Positions 18,068-27,480 of a stretch of 64,000 bases of DNA are shown in pieces. The notes beneath the pieces were generated by a model that did no database searches, was not told where the DNA came from, and was given only the letters and a program-made list of their open reading frames with translations. Origin of the DNA: Anaerolineae bacterium (GTDB taxonomy: Bacteria; Chloroflexota; Anaerolineae; J036; Brachytrichaceae). The stretch covers positions 928 to 64,927 of the forward strand of contig JAIMBB010000002.1 in the NCBI GenBank assembly GCA_023511655.1, in the 5' to 3' direction. The translations under genes were made by a program, and so were the position numbers. The first letter of the stretch is position 1. Each line of letters begins with the position of its first letter.

Positions 18068-19125
18068 GCCGCCCTCCGTTCCCATCTGATCCGATAGTGC
18101 TGCAGCAGCAGGACGGCCAGCGTCACCAACAGCAGGGTGGCCTGGATCACCTCGCCCAAGTAAACCGGCACGCCCAGGGCACGGCTCACGGTCTGGCTGC
18201 CGGTGTCAATCAGGCCGATGAATAGAGCGGCTGGCACGACCGCCCAAGGGTTAAGTCCGCTCAGCGTGGCGATGACGATGCCGGTGTAGCCATGGCCGCC
18301 GGAGATGGCTTCGATGAGGTGATAGTGAATGCCGGCAACTTCAATCGCGCCGGCCAGGCCGGCGATGCCTCCGCTCAGCAGCGCCGTGGTCAACATCACA
18401 CGCCCCACCTGGATGCCGGCAAATCGAGCGGCGTCCGGCTCCATCCCGGCCGCGCGCAACCGAACCCCAAACGCAGTGCGACTGAGCACAAAGCCTAACG
18501 CCGCCACCACCAGGATGGCCAGCAGAAAACCCAAGTGCAGCCGGCTGCGCGGAATCAGCTTGGGCAAGATGGCCGCCGCTGCGATGTCGGGCGATTGCGG
18601 CCACTGGGAGATGGGATCGCGCCAGGGGCCGTTCAGCAGAGCGCTCACCGCCAGCAGAGCCACCGAGTTCAACAGCAATGTGGTGACCACCTCATCAATG
18701 CCCAGTCGGGTTTTCATCAGCGCCGGGGTGGCGACCCAGGCCATGCCGGCAGCGACGCCGCCGATGAGCGTCAGTGGGACTGCCACCGCGGGCGGCAAGC
18801 TGTGCATGTTCAAGCCGATGGCCGTCGCCGCCACTGCGCCGGCTAGGAACTGACCTTCGGCTCCGATGTTCCAAAACCCTCCAGAAAAGGCTACCGCGAC
18901 CGCCGCACCGGTTAGCAGCAGCGGCGTCGCTTTCACCAGCACCTCCACGGCGCTCACCCGGCTGGAGAGCGGCTCAACAAGAAAGTGGTAATAGGCCTCC
19001 AGCGGGCTGGCACCCACCATCAGCACCAGCGCGCTGGTAAGCGCAAAAGTGATGATCACCGCCAGGATGGGCAGGATCACTCGCATCCACACTGGTGGGG
19101 CCCGTCGTTCGATTTTCAATGTCAT
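18064..19125 (-). CDS. ABC transporter permease (BMP/nucleoside-type system)
   Basis: 353 aa polytopic membrane protein, in an operon with the ATPase and the BMP-family binding protein. Confidence 0.85.
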   Translation of the reverse strand: MTLKIERRAPPVWMRVILPILAVIITFALTSALVLMVGASPLEAYYHFLVEPLSSRVSAVEVLVKATPLLLTGAAVAVAFSGGFWNIGAEGQFLAGAVAATAIGLNMHSLPPAVAVPLTLIGGVAAGMAWVATPALMKTRLGIDEVVTTLLLNSVALLAVSALLNGPWRDPISQWPQSPDIAAAAILPKLIPRSRLHLGFLLAILVVAALGFVLSRTAFGVRLRAAGMEPDAARFAGIQVGRVMLTTALLSGGIAGLAGAIEVAGIHYHLIEAISGGHGYTGIVIATLSGLNPWAVVPAALFIGLIDTGSQTVSRALGVPVYLGEVIQATLLLVTLAVLLLQHYRIRWERRAA

Positions 19126-19150
19126 GATGCCTGCGAAAGGGACGAGGGAT

Positions 19151-20659
19151 TCAGCGACGCAGGCCGGCCATCAGTAACCCCAACGCTTCCAGCGTGGCCT
19201 CGCCGGCGTCGAGGATCTGCCGGATTTCTCCCTCGTAGATCACCGCAATTCGGTCGGAGAGTTCCAGAATCTCGTCCAGGTCTTCGGAAATCAGCAGGAT
19301 GGCTGCGCCTTTCTGGCGCTGCTCCACCAGCTTGCCGCGCACATACTCAGTGGCGGCCACGTCCAGCCCGCGCGTGGGCTGCGAGACGACGATCACGCGC
19401 GGGTTGCGATCCAGCACCCGTGCCAGGATCACCTTTTGCATGTTGCCGCCGGAGAGCGTGCGGATGGGATCGTCGGGTCGGGCCCTGATCTGGTATTGGC
19501 CGATCAGGCGTTCGGCGTGTTGGCGCAGCCGGCGCCGATCAATCAACCCAGAGCGTGTGAATTCGTCCAGATGCTCCAGAGCCATGTTGTAGGCCACCGA
19601 CATCGCACCAACCACGCTTTCGTGCCGGTCTTCGGGGATGCGCCCAACACCGGCGTCCATCGCGCGTCGTGGGCCGGCGTTGGTGATGTCCTGGCCACAC
19701 ACCAGCAAGCGACCGCTGGTGACCGGACGCACGCCTTCGATCACCTGAGCCAGCTCGGTTTGGCCGTTGCCGGCTACTCCGGCCACGCCCAGGATTTCGC
19801 CGGCGCGGACTTCCAAAGAAAGATTGCGCAGCGCGGGCAGCCCTTTGTTGTTCCTGGCGCTCACGCCTTCCAGTTGCAAGGCGGCCTGGGGCTGCGCCGC
19901 GGAGATGGTCCGCGGTTTTATCACGCCGATGGTGGGCCGGCCCACCATCATGCGCGCCAGGTCGGTGGGCGTGACTCGGGAAGTTTCTGCCGCCCCCACC
20001 ACCTCGCCGGCTCGCATCACCGTCACGCGATCGGTGATCTGCATGACCTCATGCAGCTTGTGGCTGATGAAGACCACCGACACCCCTTCCTGGCGCAGAC
20101 GGCGCAACGTGGCAAAGAGTTGCTCCACCTCCTGTGGCACCAACACGGCCGTTGGTTCGTCCAGGATCAACACCCGTGCCTGGCGGTAGAGCGCTTTGAG
20201 GATCTCCACCCGTTGGCGCTGTCCGACCGACAGGTCTTTGACCAGCGCCCGCGGGTCAATCGAGAGTCCGACGCGGTCGGCAGCGGCAGATACCTGTTGC
20301 TGGGCCGCTTTCAGGTCAAGGCGAATGCGCTGGTCGCAGCCCAGGATCACGTTCTCAGTCACCGTCATCGGTGACACCAGGGCGAAGTGCTGTGTCACCA
20401 TGCCGATGCCGTGGGCGATCGCGTCGTGCGGGGAGCGGATGGTTGCCGGCGCACCGTTGACGGCGATGGTGCCGGCGTCGGCGCGGTAGAGGCCATACAA
20501 GATACGCATCAGCGTGCTCTTGCCGGCGCCGTTCTCGCCGAGCAGGGCGTGGATCTCGCCCGGTCGTAGGTCGAAATCCACACCCCGATTAGCCACCACC
20601 GTCCCGAAGCGCTTCCAGATGCCGCGCATGCGCACGGCAGGCACTTCGTCTGTGGTCAT
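19151..20659 (-). CDS. ABC transporter ATP-binding protein (duplicated NBD)
   Basis: 502 aa. Walker A GENGAGKS, signature LSVGQRQ in NBD1, and LSGGNMQK in NBD2. Confidence 0.9.
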   Translation of the reverse strand: MTTDEVPAVRMRGIWKRFGTVVANRGVDFDLRPGEIHALLGENGAGKSTLMRILYGLYRADAGTIAVNGAPATIRSPHDAIAHGIGMVTQHFALVSPMTVTENVILGCDQRIRLDLKAAQQQVSAAADRVGLSIDPRALVKDLSVGQRQRVEILKALYRQARVLILDEPTAVLVPQEVEQLFATLRRLRQEGVSVVFISHKLHEVMQITDRVTVMRAGEVVGAAETSRVTPTDLARMMVGRPTIGVIKPRTISAAQPQAALQLEGVSARNNKGLPALRNLSLEVRAGEILGVAGVAGNGQTELAQVIEGVRPVTSGRLLVCGQDITNAGPRRAMDAGVGRIPEDRHESVVGAMSVAYNMALEHLDEFTRSGLIDRRRLRQHAERLIGQYQIRARPDDPIRTLSGGNMQKVILARVLDRNPRVIVVSQPTRGLDVAATEYVRGKLVEQRQKGAAILLISEDLDEILELSDRIAVIYEGEIRQILDAGEATLEALGLLMAGLRR

Positions 20660-20665
20660 CGAACG

Positions 20666-21736
20666 TCAGCGGTTCATTTTGGCCGAGGCTGGCGGCTGCG
20701 CCTCGTTGATGTCCACGCGGAAGAGGCCCTGCTTGATCTCCTCCTCCTTGGCTTTGACCTTGTCAATCAACTCCTGGGGAATGCCGCCCTTGACTTTGGT
20801 GTTGATCGCGGCCAGGCTGGCGCCACCCTTTACCACCATGCTGAAGTCCTTCAGGTCTTGAGCGGTGTAGGTGCCGCCGCGCACCTGGCTGATGATGTAG
20901 TTGACGGTGGGCTCCATGTGCCACACCGGACCGCTGACTACGTAGTCGGGCGCGAGCGAGGACTGATCGCTCATGCTGCCGAAGACGTATAGGCCGCGCT
21001 CGGCTGCTGCTTCGATCACGCCGAATCGCTCGGCGAAGAGCACGTCGGCGCCGGCTTCGATCTGCGCCAGGGCGGCTTCTTTGGCCGCCGCAGGGTCGAA
21101 CCAGCTATTGATGAAGGTGGTCTTTACCTCTGCGTTGGGGTTCATGGCCCACACGCCGGCCGTGAAGGCGTTGATGATGCGATTGACCTCAGGCACGGGA
21201 TAGCCTCCCACCACGCCGACGATGTTCGACTTGGTCAGCCCCCCGGCCAGCATGCCGCTGAGATAGGCCGGTTCGTGAATCCAGTTGTCGAAGACTGAGA
21301 AGTTGGGATCGGCCGGCCCACCCCCGGAACCGAAGACGAAGGCGATCTCGGGGTAGTCCCTGGCCACGCGGCGCACCGCTTCTTCGTTGCCAAAGGCATC
21401 GCCAAAGATCACGTTCGGTTTGGATTTCTCGGCCACTTCGCGCAACACGCGCTCCATGTCGCCGGCATAGCCGATATCATCGGTGTAGGTGTATTCAATC
21501 TCGCCGGCTTCTTTGGCTTTGTTAAGGGCGGTGTGGATCACGCCGACCCACGGCTCTTCGACGGCTGTGGCGTAGGCGCCGAAGACGGTGATCTTCTGCG
21601 GCGCCGCCGGTGTTTCCGCAGCGGGAGCAGGTGCCGGCGCCTGGGTCTGCTGCCGGGCACTGGGAGGAGCCGGCACAGCACAAGCCGCCAAAAGACCAAT
21701 CAGCAATACGGGAGCAATCAAATGAATGCGTCTCAT
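20666..21736 (-). CDS. BMP-family (PnrA/Med-like) substrate-binding lipoprotein
   Basis: 356 aa. Lipobox LLAAC followed by a PBP fold typical of the basic membrane protein family. Confidence 0.85.
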   Translation of the reverse strand: MRRIHLIAPVLLIGLLAACAVPAPPSARQQTQAPAPAPAAETPAAPQKITVFGAYATAVEEPWVGVIHTALNKAKEAGEIEYTYTDDIGYAGDMERVLREVAEKSKPNVIFGDAFGNEEAVRRVARDYPEIAFVFGSGGGPADPNFSVFDNWIHEPAYLSGMLAGGLTKSNIVGVVGGYPVPEVNRIINAFTAGVWAMNPNAEVKTTFINSWFDPAAAKEAALAQIEAGADVLFAERFGVIEAAAERGLYVFGSMSDQSSLAPDYVVSGPVWHMEPTVNYIISQVRGGTYTAQDLKDFSMVVKGGASLAAINTKVKGGIPQELIDKVKAKEEEIKQGLFRVDINEAQPPASAKMNR

Positions 21737-22092
21737 CTTTTGCTTCTCCTCAGAAGGCTTGTATGAATTACGTAAGAATGACTCTTTGGCGTCTCTCTTG
21801 GTTCAGCGTGGAATTTGCACACACCTTCAATCCGCATGAAATCAGGGATAGCAAGGAATGGAAAGTCGGTTAATTCCGAGGGCATTTTGCGCTTTGTGGT
21901 CCGTTCTCAACCTCCTTAGATGCGGGTTCTGCTGAGACCTGGCGCGCTCAACCGGCCTCACGTTCCGCCGCGGGATAATAGCAGTCGCGCGCCGCTTTGT
22001 CCAGCAGATGGCGACGAGCCATCCCCTCGGTATGTAAGAAACTTCCCGGCGAGAACGCTCAATGCTCCCGGCCGGGCCATATAATCCGTCTC

Positions 22093-22425
22093 GTGGACCT
22101 GGTGCTCGATCTGGCCTGGTGGGGATTGGTTTACGTGTTGCTGCCCACGGCGCTCGGATCGGCCGCAGCGCTGCCGCTTTGGCTGAAGCGGCGCGTGTTG
22201 TTGGGCAATGCGATCGGCTCGGCGATCATCGCCGTGGTCATGATCATCTACATCATCCAGTTTTTCGTCAGCCTGCTTTCGGTCGGCTTCCTGACCCAGA
22301 CCGACCTGCTACCGATCGGGTTGCTCGTCCTCGTCGGATGGGCCGATGTGTTGATTCTTTTCTTCCTGAGCGGTGCAGTGGAGAACCGGGTCAAGCGGCG
22401 GGTCGTCAACCCGGATGACTTTTGA
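22093..22425 (+). CDS. Small integral membrane protein, hypothetical (start uncertain)
   Basis: Three hydrophobic helices. GTG 22093 lies 7 nt after a TATAAT hexamer (22080-22085). The track ORF begins at 21997. Confidence 0.4.
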   Translation: MDLVLDLAWWGLVYVLLPTALGSAAALPLWLKRRVLLGNAIGSAIIAVVMIIYIIQFFVSLLSVGFLTQTDLLPIGLLVLVGWADVLILFFLSGAVENRVKRRVVNPDDF

Positions 22426-22427
22426 CC

Positions 22428-24248
22428 TCACAGGCTGAGGTAACGCTCGATGCGCGCCTCGATCAGGTCGAGGCTCCCCTTCCAGAAGGCCCTGTCGCGC
22501 ACGTCTATACCGAAGCGGGCCGCCAGATCGGCGACGGTGGCCTCGCCGGTGCTGGCCAGGAGCGCCCCATACTCCGGCACAAACGCCGCCCCGCGTTGCT
22601 TGTAAATGGCATACAGGCCGAGGCCGAACAACAGGCCGAACGCGTACGGGAAGTTGTAGAACGACAGGCCGGCGAAGTAGTAGTGCGGTTTCCACGTCCA
22701 CATGAACTTGTGTAAATAGCGCTCGTCCAGCCCATCGCCGTAGGTCTCCTTCTGGAAACGCAGCATCAGCTCGCACAGTTCATCGGCCGACAGCTCCGCC
22801 TTCGCCCGCCGCCTGAACACTTCCATCTCGAACAGATAGCGCGAGGTGATGTCTACGATCACCTGAGTTTTGCCGATCAGGTCGGTCTCCAGGATGGCCA
22901 GCTCTTCGGATGGGGTGCGAGCCTCGGCCAGGGCAGCATCGGTGACGATGGTCTCGCACAAAATCGAGGCTGTCTCGGCCAGCGTCATCGGGGTGATGGA
23001 TTGCAGCTCGGTCTTGCCGGCAGCATAGATGCACTCGTTGTGGAAGGCATGCCCCAGCTCGTGGGCAATGGTCGAGACCTGATCGAGCGAACCGTCATAG
23101 TTGCACAGAATGCGCGACTCCTTGACCAGCGGCACACTCATGCAAAAGGCGCCGGCGCGCTTGCCGGGGCGTTGCTCGGCGTCTATCCATTGTTGATCGA
23201 AGGCGCGGCGGGCCAGGTTTTCCAGGCGCGGGCTGAAGGTGGCGAAGTGCTCCAGGATGAAGTCGCGCGCTTCTTGCCAGGCATATGTGCGTCCATCCTG
23301 TGTAATTGGGGCCATCAGGTCCCACCATGGCAGGCCACTGGCGTGGCCCAGGCGCCTGGCCTTGGCGCGCAGATACCTGCGAAAGGCAGGAAAGGAATCC
23401 TGCATCGCATCCAGCATCGCATCGAGCGTCTCGCGGTCAATGCGGGCGTGGTCAAGCGCAGCATGCAGCGGATCCTTCCGCCCACGTCGCTTGTCCAGCG
23501 TATTGACGGCACCCTTGACGCCGTTCATCGCGGCGGCCAGCGGTTCTTTCACTGTCTCCCATGCCGCCAGCTCGACCTCATAGGCACGCCGGCGCACCTC
23601 GGGGTCGGGGTCATGCTGCATCACGTTGATCAGCGCGGGCATGGAGAGCTTCTCGACCTTGCCGTTCCGGGCGAAGTCCACCGTGAGCTGCGAGGTGATG
23701 GTGCCTTGCAATTTGCTCCATGCGTTTGCGCCGCTCAGGCTCAATTCGGCTGCCAGGCCCTCTTCCGGCTCGCTCATCAAGTAACGGCTTTGTTCGGCCG
23801 TCTCACGCAGGTAGAAAGCATGCGCCTGCGCCGGGCCGCCCCGCGCCGTCACCCGCGGCAACGCGTCGGCGATGGCCCCCACCCAACCGCTGAAGCGCAC
23901 GTCAATTTGTTGTAACCGCACGCCTAGCGGCTCGATCTCGCTCAGCATGCGGCGCGCCGTTTGGTTAAACGAATCGGTTGCCACGAACGAAGGGATATAA
24001 GCGCCTACGGTGTGATACAAGGCAATCAGGTCGTTGACGCGCTCGAGGTAGCCGTTGAGCGCCAGTTCGATAGCAGCATCGTCGCTGCGCCGCGCGGATT
24101 TGGAGATGGCGTGTTCATCGAGGTAGCGTTCCAACTCGTTCAGGCCAGCTTCGCACCGTGCGATGGCCCTCTTCAATTCCTCCGACTCGAGCGCAGGAAA
24201 GACGTTCGAAAGATCCCAGCAGGGCAATGATCCGGAGACGCGTGCCAT
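22428..24248 (-). CDS. pepF: M3-family oligoendopeptidase F
   Basis: 606 aa. HELGH zinc motif (IAHELGHAFH) and PepF-like length and architecture. Confidence 0.9.
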   Translation of the reverse strand: MARVSGSLPCWDLSNVFPALESEELKRAIARCEAGLNELERYLDEHAISKSARRSDDAAIELALNGYLERVNDLIALYHTVGAYIPSFVATDSFNQTARRMLSEIEPLGVRLQQIDVRFSGWVGAIADALPRVTARGGPAQAHAFYLRETAEQSRYLMSEPEEGLAAELSLSGANAWSKLQGTITSQLTVDFARNGKVEKLSMPALINVMQHDPDPEVRRRAYEVELAAWETVKEPLAAAMNGVKGAVNTLDKRRGRKDPLHAALDHARIDRETLDAMLDAMQDSFPAFRRYLRAKARRLGHASGLPWWDLMAPITQDGRTYAWQEARDFILEHFATFSPRLENLARRAFDQQWIDAEQRPGKRAGAFCMSVPLVKESRILCNYDGSLDQVSTIAHELGHAFHNECIYAAGKTELQSITPMTLAETASILCETIVTDAALAEARTPSEELAILETDLIGKTQVIVDITSRYLFEMEVFRRRAKAELSADELCELMLRFQKETYGDGLDERYLHKFMWTWKPHYYFAGLSFYNFPYAFGLLFGLGLYAIYKQRGAAFVPEYGALLASTGEATVADLAARFGIDVRDRAFWKGSLDLIEARIERYLSL

Positions 24249-24290
24249 GTCCTTGACTATACCTCACTCAACGGATAATTACGCCCACCC

Positions 24291-24926
24291 ATGACGAGGC
24301 TCACCTTCGACCTCGTGCGCCGCGCCATGCGCCAGCCGTTGCCTGGGCTAGAAGCGCAACTGCGCATGGCGCCACCGGGCCGGGCGAGGGCAGTTGCGCC
24401 CAACGGTACGCCGCGAGAAGCCGGGGTGCTGTTGTTGCTCTATCCACGCTCCGGCGCGTTGCACTTCGTGCTCACCCGCCGCACCGACCGGTTGGGTCAT
24501 CACGGCGGACAGATTTCGCTGCCAGGCGGTCGTCGCGAGCCGGACGACGCCGACTTTGCAGCGACCGCGCTACGCGAGGCGCGCGAGGAGCTGGGCATCG
24601 CAACTGAAAACGTCGAGCGACTCGGCAGACTGACCGCACTGTATGTGCCGCCGAGCAACTTCATCGTCCACCCCGTCGTTGCCCATATGCCGCACCGGCC
24701 ACTCTTTCGGCCAAATGCCGACGAAGTCGCCGAGGTGATCGAAGTGCCACTGGGCGCCCTGCTCGATCCGACCACGCGCACAGTGGAGCCACGCGTGCCG
24801 GCCGGCCAGAGCAGCGCGCCTGCCATGACCCCGTTCTACCGCATTGGCGAGCATAAAGTGTGGGGAGCGACGGCGATGGTGCTGAGTGAATTCGAGATGT
24901 TGCTGCGAACGGCGATGGCGAATTGA
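24291..24926 (+). CDS. NUDIX hydrolase, CoA pyrophosphatase type
   Basis: Nudix box GGRREPDDADFAATALREAREELGI, preceded by the CoA-type motif LTRRTDRLGHHGGQISLPGG. Confidence 0.75.
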   Translation: MTRLTFDLVRRAMRQPLPGLEAQLRMAPPGRARAVAPNGTPREAGVLLLLYPRSGALHFVLTRRTDRLGHHGGQISLPGGRREPDDADFAATALREAREELGIATENVERLGRLTALYVPPSNFIVHPVVAHMPHRPLFRPNADEVAEVIEVPLGALLDPTTRTVEPRVPAGQSSAPAMTPFYRIGEHKVWGATAMVLSEFEMLLRTAMAN

Positions 24927-24968
24927 GTTGGCTGTGGAATATGCATGGACGGCGGCGGATGTCCCGTT

Positions 24969-25625
24969 TTACATCCGCGCCTCGTCCAATCGTGCCTGAA
25001 GCGCATCCAGCGCTGCTTTCAGCTCTGCCTCGCGAAAGCTGATGGTCAAATCGCTGCGCGTGCGCTCCACGACACCGCGCACCATGTCGGTATTGCGTCG
25101 CAGCCCGCCGGTGATCGCATCGGGAAAATCCATCGTCACCAGCACGTCGTAGATCTCGTCCATGGCCATGAGCAGCCGTTCGGCCTCCTGGCTATGGCCG
25201 CCGCGAATCTCATCAAGCGCGCGCCGACGCAACTCACCCGCTGCCTCGGCCAGCCCGTTCAGATAAGCCGCATATTCCACACCGATCTCCTCCGGCGCAG
25301 GGACCGGTTTGCCCTGTGCGATGGCCAGCGCGATGGATGCCTCGGCCAGTTCCTTGAGTGCATCTTGCGTATAGCCGGTGAAGAACAGGTCTGGATGCGG
25401 CTCGACGAGCGTCACGAGCTCACCGGATGCACGACGGGCTTCGTTCAACAATCGCTCGGCTTCGCCCCATTCGTCACGGTGCGAGGCGCGGATCGCCAGT
25501 GAGCAAAAGCGTATCAGTTCCCTGGAGAGGTTAACGGCTCTGTCGCGCGCGGCGTTCTTGGCGATGAGGATTTCGCGAATGCGCTCTCCGATTTGCGACA
25601 AGCGGCCATTGTTCATGGGCATCAT
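24969..25625 (-). CDS. Translin-family protein (start uncertain: 25625, 25622 or 25616)
   Basis: All-helical, about 218 aa. YLNGLAEAAGELRRRAL matches the translin Y.xG.aDxxGELxR motif, and the C-terminal GLRRNTDMVRGVVERT pattern also fits. Confidence 0.6.
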   Translation of the reverse strand: MMPMNNGRLSQIGERIREILIAKNAARDRAVNLSRELIRFCSLAIRASHRDEWGEAERLLNEARRASGELVTLVEPHPDLFFTGYTQDALKELAEASIALAIAQGKPVPAPEEIGVEYAAYLNGLAEAAGELRRRALDEIRGGHSQEAERLLMAMDEIYDVLVTMDFPDAITGGLRRNTDMVRGVVERTRSDLTISFREAELKAALDALQARLDEARM

Positions 25626-25664
25626 TCTAGCGTTTCCCTTTAGGCCGTCATCCGTATGTAGAGA

Positions 25665-25899
25665 TGTGGATGGTGTGGATGAGCCCGCGCAGCCCAATCC
25701 ATGGCGCGAAACGGCTGTTCCACCCCTAAATCTTGGCTTAACATAGGCCCCTGTTCCCTTTCACACGGGACGGGCTGTTCATTCCCTTTGTGCACAACGG
25801 CGGATGAAATCCATATCTGGGTGTGGAAATGTGGATTTACGGATGAAACTCACAGGGTGTGGACGAGGCGTTGCGTGAGAGCTGCGGAATTGTGGATTG
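25665..25899. promoter_or_regulatory. Cluster of six same-orientation TGTGGA(T) repeats (DnaA-box-like)
   Basis: TGTGGATGG 25665, TGTGGATGA 25674, TGTGGAAAT 25822, TGTGGATTT 25830, TGTGGACGA 25858, TGTGGATTG 25891. Each matches TGTGGATAA (the complement of TTATCCACA) at 7-8 of 9 positions. A weaker GATGGATAA sits at 25974. Confidence 0.35.
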
Positions 25900-25962
25900 C
25901 GAGGAACAAGAAAGCGATTGAACGAACGCATCGCATTCGTTGCAAAAACGTGCGGATCTCGA

Positions 25963-27480
25963 ATGGATTTGGTGATGGATAATAGGTGCCCCATGCAGAC
26001 GGTTGAGTCGTTGTGCGCACGCTATGTCCTAGACCTGGCGCACGCACGATACGTAGCTGCGGCGGCGATGCAGCTCTTCGACGAGACACAGAATCTGGGT
26101 CTGCATGCTTTCACCCCGCGCGAGCGGGAATGGCTCCAGGCTGGGGCGACGTTGTTGGATCTGGGGATGTCCCTCGACCCATCCAATCATCATCTCACCG
26201 GCCGAGACCTGGTCCTCGCTGCGCCGCTGCAAGGGTTCTCGCCGGCCGAGCGGGCTATCGTTGCCTGCATCGTCGGCTTTCACGACGGCGTCGCCCAACC
26301 CGAACGCGAACCGCTGTTGAAAGCGCTGGACGATCAACAGCGCAAAGTTGCCCTGGGGCTTGCGGCGCTGGCGCGCGTCGCCGATGGCCTCGACGCCACC
26401 CGCACACAGACCACCGTCGTCAAAGCCTGCGCGCGCGCCGCGGATGGAACTCTGGTCGTCCGCATATGCGGCCCGCACAGCCACGACGATGCTCGACAGG
26501 CCGAGGCCAGGGCCGACTTGTGGCGCGCGGTGTTCGGCGCGGTGACGTTCACCGGCCGCCTGACCTCACCTGGCCTCGTAGCGGACGACCCGCTGGCAGA
26601 AGCTTGTCGCAAAGCCCTGCGCTATCGCGTGGACTGGGCGGGCGGCCCGGGAGCTTGGCGAACCGCTTCATCCGAACCGGCGGCCCCAGATCGCGTTCGC
26701 AAGCTGCGCGTCGCCGCCCGGCGCATGCGCAACGACTTGCGGATTTTCAGCCCAGGTCTGCGCGCAAAAAGCCTTCGCCCGATTTCGAAGGGGCTGCGCG
26801 ACCTATTGAAAGTGTTGCGTCAGGTGCGCACGTGCGACGTGCTGCTGGCTAATCTGGGCGACTATATCGAGCGGTGCGACGACGAAGACAGGATCGGTCT
26901 GGCGTCGTTGATGGACTTCTGGCTTGCTGAGCGGGCTCGGCGAGCCGAAGCGCTATTCACTTTCATGAGTAGCGATGGCTATCAAGGCTGGTTGGATGCG
27001 CTAACCGTGTTCATCTCGAACGAGGGCGAACGCGTTGCGCGCGCCGTCGAAGCCGGAAGGCCCTCCCACGTGCGGCACATCATCCAGCCGACGATTGCAC
27101 GGCAACTGGCGGTCGTCCGCTCGTACGACGTTTTGCCCGACCTGCCCGACGTCGAGCAGATTCACGCTTTGCGCGTCGCGATCAGACGCATGCGTTACAC
27201 CATCGAAGCCATGCAGGACGTGTTGCCGGCTGAGGAAAGTCGAGCCTACTTGACGGCCTGCATCGCCGCTCAAGAGGCTTATGGCGCGATTCATGACGCG
27301 CACGAAGCAGCGCACCAAGCCGTGCGCGTGATGTCTCTGAATCGCGCCGATCGCATGCGCGACGCCTTTCGCGCTGTGCACATGGGTCGCAAAGGCATCA
27401 CCGCCTACGCCGACGCCCAGCGCCGAGTCGTTGCCGCGCGCCTGGTTGGATGGCGAGATTACCTGGAGCCGTTTCTATGA
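25963..27480 (+). CDS. HD-like (Ppx/GppA C-terminal type) plus CHAD domain protein
   Basis: The N-terminal HD-like segment resembles the Ppx C-domain. The C-terminal half carries CHAD repeats (RVAARRMRNDLRIF, HALRVAIRRMRYTIE). The start could be 25963, 25975 or 25993. Confidence 0.8.
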   Translation: MDLVMDNRCPMQTVESLCARYVLDLAHARYVAAAAMQLFDETQNLGLHAFTPREREWLQAGATLLDLGMSLDPSNHHLTGRDLVLAAPLQGFSPAERAIVACIVGFHDGVAQPEREPLLKALDDQQRKVALGLAALARVADGLDATRTQTTVVKACARAADGTLVVRICGPHSHDDARQAEARADLWRAVFGAVTFTGRLTSPGLVADDPLAEACRKALRYRVDWAGGPGAWRTASSEPAAPDRVRKLRVAARRMRNDLRIFSPGLRAKSLRPISKGLRDLLKVLRQVRTCDVLLANLGDYIERCDDEDRIGLASLMDFWLAERARRAEALFTFMSSDGYQGWLDALTVFISNEGERVARAVEAGRPSHVRHIIQPTIARQLAVVRSYDVLPDLPDVEQIHALRVAIRRMRYTIEAMQDVLPAEESRAYLTACIAAQEAYGAIHDAHEAAHQAVRVMSLNRADRMRDAFRAVHMGRKGITAYADAQRRVVAARLVGWRDYLEPFL

